32,715 nt of DNA, taken from NCBI RefSeq assembly GCF_053078305.1, contig NZ_CP166878.1; one strand, 5' to 3'. Below the pieces are notes generated by a model that saw only the letters and a list, made by a program, of their open reading frames with translations, did no database searches and was not told where the DNA came from. This document shows positions 1 through 8,109 of this stretch, piece by piece (position 1 is the first letter of the stretch; each line of letters begins with the position of its first letter). Position numbers and translations under genes: made by a program. This DNA comes from a plasmid.

Positions 1-1866
1 ATGCAAGCAAATGATGAGTTTCTTCGCTTGGTTTTTGAAAACATATGGCCATGGTGGACATATGCCTGGGTTTTAGTTTTTTCTTTGTTATGTGTGTTTA
101 CATTTTCGGGTCATGCAGAAAAAAGTGGTGATAAGAGTACTCTGCGTTTCATTATTGAAGCAGCCAGGAAGAAATTACTTGTTGCATGGATTTTATGTAC
201 TCTTTTGTTCTTTCTATTTGTGTACATAATAGCGTGGAAACACTTTGGGGAAGATTCACATAAAGCATCACTTTATATGGAGTTATTGTATGAGCGGATT
301 GGTGACAAATCTTTCTCATTTGGTGATTATTGTGGTATAGCATTTGTGCTACTTTTTCCCTATGCCTGTCAGATAATTAATCGCCGTCTTATAAGACCAA
401 AACTATCATCATGGCTTCGTCGTTTTCGTGTGTCTCAGACCTCGGATACTATGAGTGATATTCGTGTTGAGAAAGGTAAATATTCGCCTAAAAACTTCAA
501 TCCTTTAGATTATTATAAGGATGGTCATTTCTTTTTAGGATTAGATGAAAATGATAAAGCAATCTACGTTACAGATGACTATTTGTCTAAAGTAAATATT
601 AAAATTTTAGGCGCAACGCAAACGGGTAAAGGTGTTATTCAGGGGGTTATTGCAGACCAGGCAATATTGAAAAATTGGGGTTTGTGGTTCTGGGATCAGA
701 AACCAGATAAATTTATTTACTCGATTATGAAACAACGTTGTGAGTCAGAGGGGCGAGAAATATATGAAGTTGATTTGAATGGTGAAGGTATAGGTGATTA
801 TGCGCCATTTAAGAATGGTACAAAACGTGAAATTTTGGATAGGTTTTTTAATGCGTTTTCTCTTGAGACTGGCGGGACTGATGCAGACTATTACAAAAAT
901 AATGCACAGGAGGTTATGTACTATATATATACTTTTTGGGACCGTTCGTTAAACGATTTACAAAAATTGTTGTCTGGTAGTGATGATAGAATACCGGAGG
1001 AAAAACAGGAATGGATAGCTAAAAATGGAGCTAATATTCGAACGCAGCTTAATAAATGGTTAGAGCTTCCTTGTCTATCTCCCGCTGATGGTCAGGGATT
1101 AAATGTAACTGAACTGGTTAAGTCAGGTGCGGTTATTTATGTAAAAGGTAGCACAAAAGATAAGGTTGTCAGGGCTGTCTTAAAATCAATGTTGCGTGAG
1201 TGGTCTGCGGCTGTTATTCGTGAACAACCAAAAAATCATGTGTTGGGGATAATTGATGAGGCCCGTTTTGTTATCTCGTCAGAGGTTGCTGATAGTCTGG
1301 CAACTATATTATCCTCAAATGCAAGTTTGTCTATTGCATATCAAGAGAGAGATGACCTTTTAAATATACCGGATGAAAAACCGCAGATTGCTCAGTCAAT
1401 AAAAAAAGGGACGGAAACAAATACCAATTTGACACTTGTTTATCGTTGTAATGACGAGACGGCTGAATGGGTTGCCAAAAATTCTGGTACAACTGCGAAG
1501 AGTCTGACAAAACTTGAAGAAGTCGAAACTGACGGTTATGGCGCGGAAACATGGAAGGGACGACGAATGATTGGACAGGAAGAGGATTACTATATACCAG
1601 TAAATACGGTTCTTGCAGTTGAAGAACGAGTTGGTATTATGCAGACTATGTTTGAACTCAGTCGGGTTTTATTTACATGCTGGGTTCCTGTTCAACGTTT
1701 TTATACACTTCCGGCCCGCCCTCAAACGGAGCACGATAATGTTCAGGATTGTATAAAGAATGATGGTTCAATTTCTCCGAGTGATGAGGATTACTTTAAT
1801 CCTGACATGATTAGTGATGAAGAGCTAGCGATGATAAATAAAACAGTATCGTCAGACAGTAAATAA
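1..1866 (+). CDS. Type IV coupling protein (VirD4/TraG-like ATPase)
   Basis: The 621-aa ORF has hydrophobic N-terminal helices (WWTYAWVLVFSLLCVFTF and LLVAWILCTLLFFLFVYIIAW). It has a Walker A motif GATQTGKG and a Walker B-like motif VLGIIDEARF. It lies directly upstream of a VirB11-type ATPase. The ORF starts at window base 1, so the true 5' end may lie outside the window. Confidence 0.75.
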   Translation: MQANDEFLRLVFENIWPWWTYAWVLVFSLLCVFTFSGHAEKSGDKSTLRFIIEAARKKLLVAWILCTLLFFLFVYIIAWKHFGEDSHKASLYMELLYERIGDKSFSFGDYCGIAFVLLFPYACQIINRRLIRPKLSSWLRRFRVSQTSDTMSDIRVEKGKYSPKNFNPLDYYKDGHFFLGLDENDKAIYVTDDYLSKVNIKILGATQTGKGVIQGVIADQAILKNWGLWFWDQKPDKFIYSIMKQRCESEGREIYEVDLNGEGIGDYAPFKNGTKREILDRFFNAFSLETGGTDADYYKNNAQEVMYYIYTFWDRSLNDLQKLLSGSDDRIPEEKQEWIAKNGANIRTQLNKWLELPCLSPADGQGLNVTELVKSGAVIYVKGSTKDKVVRAVLKSMLREWSAAVIREQPKNHVLGIIDEARFVISSEVADSLATILSSNASLSIAYQERDDLLNIPDEKPQIAQSIKKGTETNTNLTLVYRCNDETAEWVAKNSGTTAKSLTKLEEVETDGYGAETWKGRRMIGQEEDYYIPVNTVLAVEERVGIMQTMFELSRVLFTCWVPVQRFYTLPARPQTEHDNVQDCIKNDGSISPSDEDYFNPDMISDEELAMINKTVSSDSK

Positions 1867-1870
1867 AATA

Positions 1871-1901
1871 AATCTGGCATCTAGCTGATGCCAGATTTTT
1901 T
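1871..1901 (+). terminator. Rho-independent terminator after the coupling-protein gene
   Basis: An 11-bp stem (aatctggcatc/gatgccagatt) with a 5-nt loop is followed by a T run, starting 5 bp after the stop codon. Confidence 0.7.
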
Positions 1902-1922
1902 AGTTAATAATATGGTGTACAT

Positions 1923-2987
1923 ATGGATAAAAAGACAAAAACATATCCTTTTGGTGACATTGAGTTTTTTGACCAGTTAGAGGAACATGCATGGGACCAG
2001 ATTCATGATGGTATGCTACCAATTATGGATTTGTATCTTGATCCGACAGTAACCGATATATTTATAAACAGGTATGACAATATATATACATCTGTCAATG
2101 GCAAGTATGTAAAGACCGACAGTTCCTTTTCCAGTGAACGGGCACTTAAAGCCTGGATTGATCAAATCGCAACGGTGTTGAGGCAGCCATTTTCAACGTC
2201 AGGAAACTATAAATATGGTGATGTCATTGAGCCTGTACTTGATGCCCGATTTCCCGATGGTTCCCGGTTGATGTGTACAGACCCGGTGATTTCACCGCAG
2301 GGTTCTACGGTAAGTCTTCGTAAAGTACCTAAGCAAATACTGGAAGAAAAAGATTTTATAAATTCCGGTATGTTGACGAGAGATATTCTTGATTATCTCA
2401 TTAGTGTTATACAAAAACGGAAAAATTTTATTGTTGCTGGTAATACTGGTTCTGGCAAAACATCACTTTTACGCTTGCTCGCCAGGTATATTGATACGAT
2501 GGAGCGTGTTATCACCGCCGAAGACACTCAAGAACTTCATATACACAGGTATTTTCCGTTAGGGATTGCTCTGGAAGCTGCACATCGTAAAGATGTGAAT
2601 GCGGATCTTCCTTCTCTGGTTCACCTGACTATGCGTGGTAATCCCGATCGTGTATGGGTTGGGGAGGTAAGAACGGCAGAGGCTATAGCTGCTTATTACA
2701 TGGTTCTGGCAAGTGGAACTATAGGTAATGCTACAACTCTGCACTCCGTTACCCCTATGGGGGCAATACGCAAAATGACCTGGCTTATGTCAAGCTATCT
2801 CAGTATCGATTTTCAGATAGCTCAGGATTTAATTATGTCAGAGGTTGACGTGATTATTCAGTGCCGGAGAACATCAAAGCATGGAAGAAGAATTACAGAT
2901 ATCGTCGAAATACGTGAAGGGAAAATTGTTCCTATATTCAAGTTTGATGAAGAGCAAGAAGTACATGTCAGGTTTGACAAAAAATGA
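1923..2987 (+). CDS. virB11: VirB11-family secretion ATPase
   Basis: The 354-aa ORF has the Walker A motif AGNTGSGKTSLLRLL. It also carries the downstream motifs ITAEDTQEL and RGNPDRVWVGEVR, which are typical of VirB11/CpaF hexameric ATPases. Confidence 0.85.
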   Translation: MDKKTKTYPFGDIEFFDQLEEHAWDQIHDGMLPIMDLYLDPTVTDIFINRYDNIYTSVNGKYVKTDSSFSSERALKAWIDQIATVLRQPFSTSGNYKYGDVIEPVLDARFPDGSRLMCTDPVISPQGSTVSLRKVPKQILEEKDFINSGMLTRDILDYLISVIQKRKNFIVAGNTGSGKTSLLRLLARYIDTMERVITAEDTQELHIHRYFPLGIALEAAHRKDVNADLPSLVHLTMRGNPDRVWVGEVRTAEAIAAYYMVLASGTIGNATTLHSVTPMGAIRKMTWLMSSYLSIDFQIAQDLIMSEVDVIIQCRRTSKHGRRITDIVEIREGKIVPIFKFDEEQEVHVRFDKK

Positions 2988-3000
2988 ACATTTAGCATTA

Positions 3001-3080
3001 TATGCTTATATGCTTATATGCTTATATGCTTATATGCTTATATGCTTATATGCTTATATGCTTATATGCTTATATGCTTA
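3001..3080. repeat. Perfect tandem array, 10 x 8 bp (TATGCTTA)
   Basis: Counted directly: ten uninterrupted TATGCTTA units. Degenerate units flank it (TAGCATTA at 2993-3000 and TATCATTG at 3081-3088). It starts 14 bp after the virB11 stop codon. Confidence 0.95.
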
Positions 3081-3105
3081 TATCATTGTGTTTGTGTGAA
3101 ATATT

Positions 3106-3299
3106 GCTGTAACATCGACGGTCTACGACCACCTACCACCTGAATAGCTGTAGGTTCCGTGCGGTCAGGCTTGGCAGGGGGCTGACGCGGTTCCTGGCGA
3201 CATGAAACTCCCTGGTTAGGGGTATCGGCGCGACCTGGCATCTGTGACTCTATAAAGCCATTTTTCGCGCCTTCCATGCCGCTAAAGCGGCATATTCCA
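3106..3299 (+). repeat. 194-bp dispersed non-coding repeat, copy A
   Basis: It runs from gctgtaacatcgacggtctacgacc to gccgctaaagcggcatattcca. It differs from copy C (18900-19093) at only 3 positions and from copy B (3962-4155) at roughly 20. All three copies are in the same orientation. Confidence 0.9.
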
Positions 3300-3366
3300 C
3301 ACTTCTAGATCCGGGGTTTTGGGTATATGCTATGTTTATATGCATAATTTATGTGGGGGGCTTGTT

Positions 3367-3612
3367 ATGAGAACAAATGTGGCAGTAAAAAAACGTAGTA
3401 TAAACGTATACTTAAATGCAGGGTTACTTGAAGAAGCAAAAGATCTTGATCTGAATGTTTCTGCTATCTCTAACAAAGCTCTCGAAAAAGCGGTAAGGGA
3501 GCGTAAGCGTGAACGCTGGATAGAAGAAAACCGTGCTGGCATTGAGGCATTAAACCGTTTTGTAGAAGATACCGGGATTTTTTCAGATGATGAAAATTTT
3601 GGGGTAATTTAG
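3367..3612 (+). CDS. ccdA: CcdA-family antitoxin
   Basis: The C-terminal half (RERWIEENRAGIEALNRFVEDTGIFSDDENF) parallels F-plasmid CcdA (RAERWKAENQEGMAEVARFIEMNGSFADENRDW, recalled from memory). I prefer the ATG at 3367, which is preceded by a GGGGGG ribosome-binding site, over the ORF-track start at 3319. The gene is coupled to ccdB. Confidence 0.85.
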   Translation: MRTNVAVKKRSINVYLNAGLLEEAKDLDLNVSAISNKALEKAVRERKRERWIEENRAGIEALNRFVEDTGIFSDDENFGVI

Positions 3613-3929
3613 TGAAACAATTTTCTGTCTACAAGAACAAATCGCGAAATAAACAGGCGTACCCCTATTTTATTGATATACAGGCAGAGATGCTTGCACA
3701 CCTTAACACCCGGTTGGTGATGCCTTTAACGCCAAAAGATAATTCAAACTCGCAGGTAAAGACGTTAACGCCAGTAATAAACATCAACCAGGTAGATTAT
3801 GTGGTTCTGACTACTATGATAACGACAACGGATGCAAAAAATCTGAACTCTGATAATGTCGTTATGGATGCTTCATATTTACGAGATCAACTGGTTTCTG
3901 CAATTGACATGATGATTCTGGGTATTTAA
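3612..3929 (+). CDS. ccdB: CcdB-family gyrase-poison toxin
   Basis: The 105-aa ORF starts with GTG, overlapping the ccdA stop codon. Its N-terminus (FSVYKNK...YPYFIDIQAEML...RLVMPL) and its C-terminus (AIDMMILGI) parallel F CcdB (FKVYTYK...RLFVDVQSDII...RMVIPL...AINLMFWGI, recalled from memory). Confidence 0.85.
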   Translation: MKQFSVYKNKSRNKQAYPYFIDIQAEMLAHLNTRLVMPLTPKDNSNSQVKTLTPVININQVDYVVLTTMITTTDAKNLNSDNVVMDASYLRDQLVSAIDMMILGI

Positions 3930-3961
3930 TTTTTGCAGGGTAGTAAATAGTAAAAAATATC

Positions 3962-4155
3962 GCTGTAACATCGACGGTCTACGACCACCTACCAGCCGAG
4001 TGGCTGTCTGTTCCGTGCAAATGGGCTTTGCAGGGGGCTGGCGCGGTTCCTGGCGACCTGAAAGCCCCTGGTTAGGGGTATCGGCGCGACCTGGCATCTG
4101 TGACTCTATGAAACCATTTTTCGCGCCTTCCATGCCGCTAAAGCGGCATATTCCA
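3962..4155 (+). repeat. 194-bp dispersed non-coding repeat, copy B
   Basis: It has the same ends and length as copies A and C. The divergent positions are clustered at about 3994-4046, with a few further downstream. It forms a direct repeat with copy A around ccdAB. Confidence 0.9.
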
Positions 4156-4233
4156 AACTTTGGAGCAGTTCTGCAATGTTGTTTGAATTGTTTCGTAGTC
4201 GTATCATTATTTTTTATGTGATGATTGTTTTTT

Positions 4234-4560
4234 TTATGTGTCTGACATTTTTCCAATCATGATTTCTGTGAGATTTGTATCAGCAAAATCTCCTTTCCCC
4301 GATTCAGTGTCAAAGTCGCCTGGCGTGAACTTATGTACGTCTTGCCAGACTGCGAAGCAGGTAGGGCATGTTACAGGTAGTTCGCCCTCCGCTATCTTTT
4401 CACAACTTTCTACCAGTTCTTGTTTCTCGTTGTACCTGATGTTATAGCCGCTTGTGCAAAGCGTTTCATACCCGTGAGCGCCCGTCACTATATGTGTGGC
4501 GGTTCTTTCTGTGATTTTTCCATCAACTAATAACTGTTCATGCGTTGTGATCGTTTGCAT
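4234..4560 (-). CDS. Hypothetical small acidic protein with a CPTC motif
   Basis: The 108-aa ORF is the only long frame in this interval and runs divergently from the T4SS operon. It has a single CxxC motif (VTCPTCF). I recognise no family. Confidence 0.5.
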   Translation of the reverse strand: MQTITTHEQLLVDGKITERTATHIVTGAHGYETLCTSGYNIRYNEKQELVESCEKIAEGELPVTCPTCFAVWQDVHKFTPGDFDTESGKGDFADTNLTEIMIGKMSDT

Positions 4561-4696
4561 GTCTGTCTCTCATAATTGTTGGTTTATGTGATTGTTGGGG
4601 CGACCGTAAAAATATACGCCAGATGATGGGAGAGCATCTTATTTCGTATTGCTCAAAAAAACATATGACAAATATCACAAAAATGAAGTGCAGGTA

Positions 4697-4735
4697 TTGA
4701 CATCGGGGGGGGGGGGGTAACGTAAAGATTATAAA
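4697..4735 (+). promoter_or_regulatory. Putative T4SS operon promoter containing a G13 homopolymer
   Basis: TTGACA lies at 4697-4702 and 13 consecutive G at 4705-4717. Several -10-like hexamers follow: TAACGT at 4718, TAAAGA at 4723 and TATAAA at 4730. The spacing from -35 to -10 therefore depends on the G-tract length. Confidence 0.4.
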
Positions 4736-4787
4736 TATAAATTTTACAAAACGTAAAAATATACTACGTCATTCGGTAAGAAATCAA

Positions 4788-5120
4788 ATGGCTGAAATAA
4801 AAGGAAAAATAACCAATCCCGCACTGGTTAATGCAAAAGTTTTTTACAACAGACGAACAAAGCTGGGGATACCTACAGAGGTCTTTTTGATCCTGATGTT
4901 CCTGAATGTTTTTGCTGTTGTGCTGTGTGTTATGTATTTCAGCACATTTTCCGTTATTTCGCTGATTTTATTTGTTCTGGTATCGGTTGTTCCTATGAAG
5001 TTCGTTTTTCATGGCGATCCCGATGCTCATAAAGCTTGGATTTATGGTTATTTGTCACCTTCCAGGCTGAACAATACCCACGCAGTGAAGCGTCGTATCA
5101 CATTTATAGACGCTATTTAG
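4788..5120 (+). CDS. VirB3/TrbD-like inner-membrane T4SS protein
   Basis: The 110-aa ORF is the first gene of the operon. A central hydrophobic hairpin follows an RRTKLGIP segment. The C-terminal HGDPDAHKAWIYGY resembles the TrbD segment ADPKMRFVYLRH (recalled from memory). Confidence 0.6.
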   Translation: MAEIKGKITNPALVNAKVFYNRRTKLGIPTEVFLILMFLNVFAVVLCVMYFSTFSVISLILFVLVSVVPMKFVFHGDPDAHKAWIYGYLSPSRLNNTHAVKRRITFIDAI

Positions 5121-5140
5121 GGATTTAACCAGTAAAAGAG

Positions 5141-5497
5141 GTGTATACAATGCTCAATCGCATTTCCAGAAAGATATCAACATTCCAGATAATGCTTTAC
5201 GTAGCATTAGTGACAGGAAGTGTCACACCGGCTATGGCTGCTGGTAATAGTACAGTTAAACTTCCTACGCCGGATGATAGTTTTTTACAGAAAATCGTTA
5301 ACTGGATGCAAAGTATTCTGGATCTGGTTGGTGGGGCTGGAGCTTTGTTCTTTGCGTTTGTCAGTGGGTTTGCTTGTATTGTGTTGTGGGGACTTGCACC
5401 GCAACAGAGCCAGGCTATCGGGAAACTGTTTCGTGCTGCTGTTGCAGCAATTGCAGCGTTTAACCTGGCGTTCTTTATTGCCTGGCTGCAAAAATGA
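5141..5497 (+). CDS. VirB2/TrbC-type pilin precursor
   Basis: The ORF has a long signal peptide ending in PAMAAG. Two hydrophobic helices follow (GGAGALFFAFVSGFACIVLWGL and AAVAAIAAFNLAFFIAWL), and it lies just upstream of virB4. The ATG at 5150 is the more likely start. Confidence 0.7.
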   Translation: MYTMLNRISRKISTFQIMLYVALVTGSVTPAMAAGNSTVKLPTPDDSFLQKIVNWMQSILDLVGGAGALFFAFVSGFACIVLWGLAPQQSQAIGKLFRAAVAAIAAFNLAFFIAWLQK

Positions 5498-5508
5498 GGT
5501 GATCCACG

Positions 5509-8109
5509 ATGGGGCAGAGCTATAACGAACATCTGAATCTGGCAGGCATCGAACAACATTCCGGGCAGGTGTATACCTATACTGGAGGTGCTTTTGGTGC
5601 TATTGAACTGACAGGTGTTGATCCAACGGGTGTTACCCCTTCTCAGGGTAGCCGTATTTCTTTATTACTTCGTAATATCGTTCAGTTACTGCCCCTTTCT
5701 GTCACACTGACTCAGTATTATATCCATAATGACGGCGTTAAGATCCGGCTGACAGGGCGTGATAATCAACGCAGTCAGTTACTTTCTATGCGTCGCCAGG
5801 CATATCTTAATAAATGTCGTAATTTAAATGCCTCAAGAATTATATGGACGCTGGATGTTCACCCGGAAGAGAATATTAATCGCCTGGCATCTGCCGAGTT
5901 TTTAAAGAATCTTTTTAACAGCATGTTTGATGACACAGCCAGACGTAAAGTCAGGCTGGCACTGTCAAATCGCGAATCGTTTATCATTGAGCGTCAGGCA
6001 TTTGAAAAACAGTGCCTGTTGCTGAAAGAAACATTACGCGATCTGGACTTACGCCTTTCTTTTATTTCAGAAGATAACAGGATTCTTGATTCAGAAGGGA
6101 TCTGGCGATTACAGAAGTTCCTTGCAACATTTAATCACCATTGGCTGGCTCCACGCCGTAAGGTCACTGTACCCAATGATATGTGGGATTGTCTGGCGAT
6201 TGAAGGTGACGATATCGAGGCCATTACCTGGCGTGGCGTTGATATGTTGAAGATCCAGGGGGTACGGCCTGTTTATGTTCGCCTGGCCAGTGTGTTGAAA
6301 ATAGGCGATGAATCTGTACCGGAATGTGCCTGGGCGCTGACAAATGGCAGACCAGTTTTACAGCGGGGTAACTACGTTTACTTCATGCGGTTCACTCCCG
6401 CCAGTGCCTTTAAGAAGTCACTGATGATCAGCGGGAAAGAAAACGAACTTGTCAGGACTCAAATCAGTTTGAGCGATTTAATGACTGACAGTACGAGCAA
6501 AGATATTCTCGATGAAAAATTGCGCAGAAATTCACATCTGATGAAGATGCGCGAAGAACTGGAGAATATTTCATATTCAGATGAGCGCCTGGGGATCTGC
6601 CAGGCCGGGATTGCTGTATTTAATACAGATCCCGATAAATTACTTGAGACTTGTGCGGATATTAACCGTAGTGTCTCTCAGACCATGCAAGTTGTATGGG
6701 AGACGGTAGCACAACTGGATGCTTACAAGGTTATGCAACCAGCCTACTCACGCAATACATTTCGTGCATTACAGCTTAACGCATCTCAGATGGGGGCGGC
6801 ATCCTTGTTCTTTAAATCCCATCCAGGTATTCCTGAATGGGAGCTAAATGGACGCATGGAGGAAGCCTTCTATATTCTTGAATCAGATGATGGCGTGCCG
6901 TTTTTCTTTACGCCAAAAGTTAAAGAAAAGCTACTGCTTCTTGGTAATGGGGCGACCCGTGGCGGCAAGACTTTTATGAAAAACTGTATTGCCAGCCATT
7001 TTATTAAATTCGGTGGTCTGTATAACTGTCTGGATATCGATCCTGGCTCTATCCCAATGGCTAATTTCTTTGGGGATGATGGGGCAGCATTTACCCTTGA
7101 TAGCGATTTTCAGTGTGGTTTTAACATGTTCAGTATGGCGCAAAGCAAGGATGACAGGGTATTTCTTGCGCATCTTATAGAGCAGTTAAAAGCAATGGCA
7201 GCAGAAAATGACAGTGAGCAGGATAAATATTTAACGCCTGATGAACTTGAAAATATAACAGTGTGTGCGAGTGATCTTCTTGTACAAAAATTTTCGCCGA
7301 ATGAGGGGCGTTTAAGCTCAATCACGTTGTCAACGCTGGTTTCTAAGTGTGGTCAGAGCGTTAAACGCAAGTTAGCGCCATTTATTAGTAATGGTATTTA
7401 TGGACGTTTATTTGATAACAAAGAGGACGCGATTGGTGTTCTTGATAAGCCGGTAGCTGTTTACAACCTTTCAGGTGTGAAAGATAACCATAATCTTGCG
7501 CGGCTTGTGCACCGTGAAATCTTCTTTCGTGTCGTTCGTTTGTTTGAATCACCGGAATATCGCACGATACCAAAGTTTTTTGAAATAGATGAGGCACAGT
7601 ACACCCTGTCTGTACCACATGCCGCAGAGTTCGCTACACAGAAAGCCCGAACCTGGTTTAAGCATGGTGGGGGTATGGGATTCTGGACTCAGAACCCGGA
7701 GCACTATTCATCACTGGATGAGTGGACTACGTTACGTTCCTCGGCGTCGGTGTTTATCTTTATGCCGGATAATGAGGCAACAGTTAAAGCATTCCATGAT
7801 GCTTATGGCTTCGATGAAGAAGAAGTGAATATTATTCGCAGCCTTAAGGTAAAACAGCAGTCGTATATAAAGATCCCGGACATGCAGATTGCAAAAGTGG
7901 TGAATCTGTTTGTTGAGGCTGAACAGTATGCTGTTTGTACATCAACGTCTAATGAAGCAGCCCTGGCAGCGGAAATATGGAAACGTGAATCAGATCCCGA
8001 TGTTGCAGTGCGACAGATTGTAGAAGGTCTGATAACGAAGTGTAATAAGGACTTGATCCCAACGCCTACAGAGACTGAAAAGGATAAAACGGAGGGGTTT
8101 TTCTTATGA
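5509..8109 (+). CDS. virB4: VirB4/TrbE-family T4SS ATPase
   Basis: The 866-aa ORF has the Walker A motif GNGATRGGKT and the Walker B motif KFFEIDEAQ. Its size and its position after the pilin and VirB3 genes fit VirB4. Confidence 0.9.
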   Translation: MGQSYNEHLNLAGIEQHSGQVYTYTGGAFGAIELTGVDPTGVTPSQGSRISLLLRNIVQLLPLSVTLTQYYIHNDGVKIRLTGRDNQRSQLLSMRRQAYLNKCRNLNASRIIWTLDVHPEENINRLASAEFLKNLFNSMFDDTARRKVRLALSNRESFIIERQAFEKQCLLLKETLRDLDLRLSFISEDNRILDSEGIWRLQKFLATFNHHWLAPRRKVTVPNDMWDCLAIEGDDIEAITWRGVDMLKIQGVRPVYVRLASVLKIGDESVPECAWALTNGRPVLQRGNYVYFMRFTPASAFKKSLMISGKENELVRTQISLSDLMTDSTSKDILDEKLRRNSHLMKMREELENISYSDERLGICQAGIAVFNTDPDKLLETCADINRSVSQTMQVVWETVAQLDAYKVMQPAYSRNTFRALQLNASQMGAASLFFKSHPGIPEWELNGRMEEAFYILESDDGVPFFFTPKVKEKLLLLGNGATRGGKTFMKNCIASHFIKFGGLYNCLDIDPGSIPMANFFGDDGAAFTLDSDFQCGFNMFSMAQSKDDRVFLAHLIEQLKAMAAENDSEQDKYLTPDELENITVCASDLLVQKFSPNEGRLSSITLSTLVSKCGQSVKRKLAPFISNGIYGRLFDNKEDAIGVLDKPVAVYNLSGVKDNHNLARLVHREIFFRVVRLFESPEYRTIPKFFEIDEAQYTLSVPHAAEFATQKARTWFKHGGGMGFWTQNPEHYSSLDEWTTLRSSASVFIFMPDNEATVKAFHDAYGFDEEEVNIIRSLKVKQQSYIKIPDMQIAKVVNLFVEAEQYAVCTSTSNEAALAAEIWKRESDPDVAVRQIVEGLITKCNKDLIPTPTETEKDKTEGFFL

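Noticed and set aside
3001-3080. The short regular repeats as a possible CRISPR array.
   Set aside because: The units are 8 bp long and directly abutting, with no spacers. No cas genes or leader are present.
2881-3099. A 72-aa ORF reading through the octamer array, with the repetitive peptide LICLYAYM.
   Set aside because: It is an artefact of translating a perfect 8-bp tandem repeat. It also overlaps the virB11 3' end in another frame.
3106-3299. The 194-bp element as an Frpo-type long-hairpin single-strand promoter.
   Set aside because: I found no long-range complementarity between the two halves of the element and no -35/-10 pair formed by a stem. Only local hairpins are present. A single-strand function remains possible, but not in the Frpo architecture.
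3083-4256. ORFs spanning the 194-bp repeats: 3083-3277 minus, 3879-4256 minus and 4000-4221 plus.
   Set aside because: Copy C (18900-19093) carries an in-frame stop (ccctagtt) in the equivalent minus-strand frame. The variable block changes the predicted peptide drastically, and there is no ribosome-binding site. The repeats are treated as non-coding.
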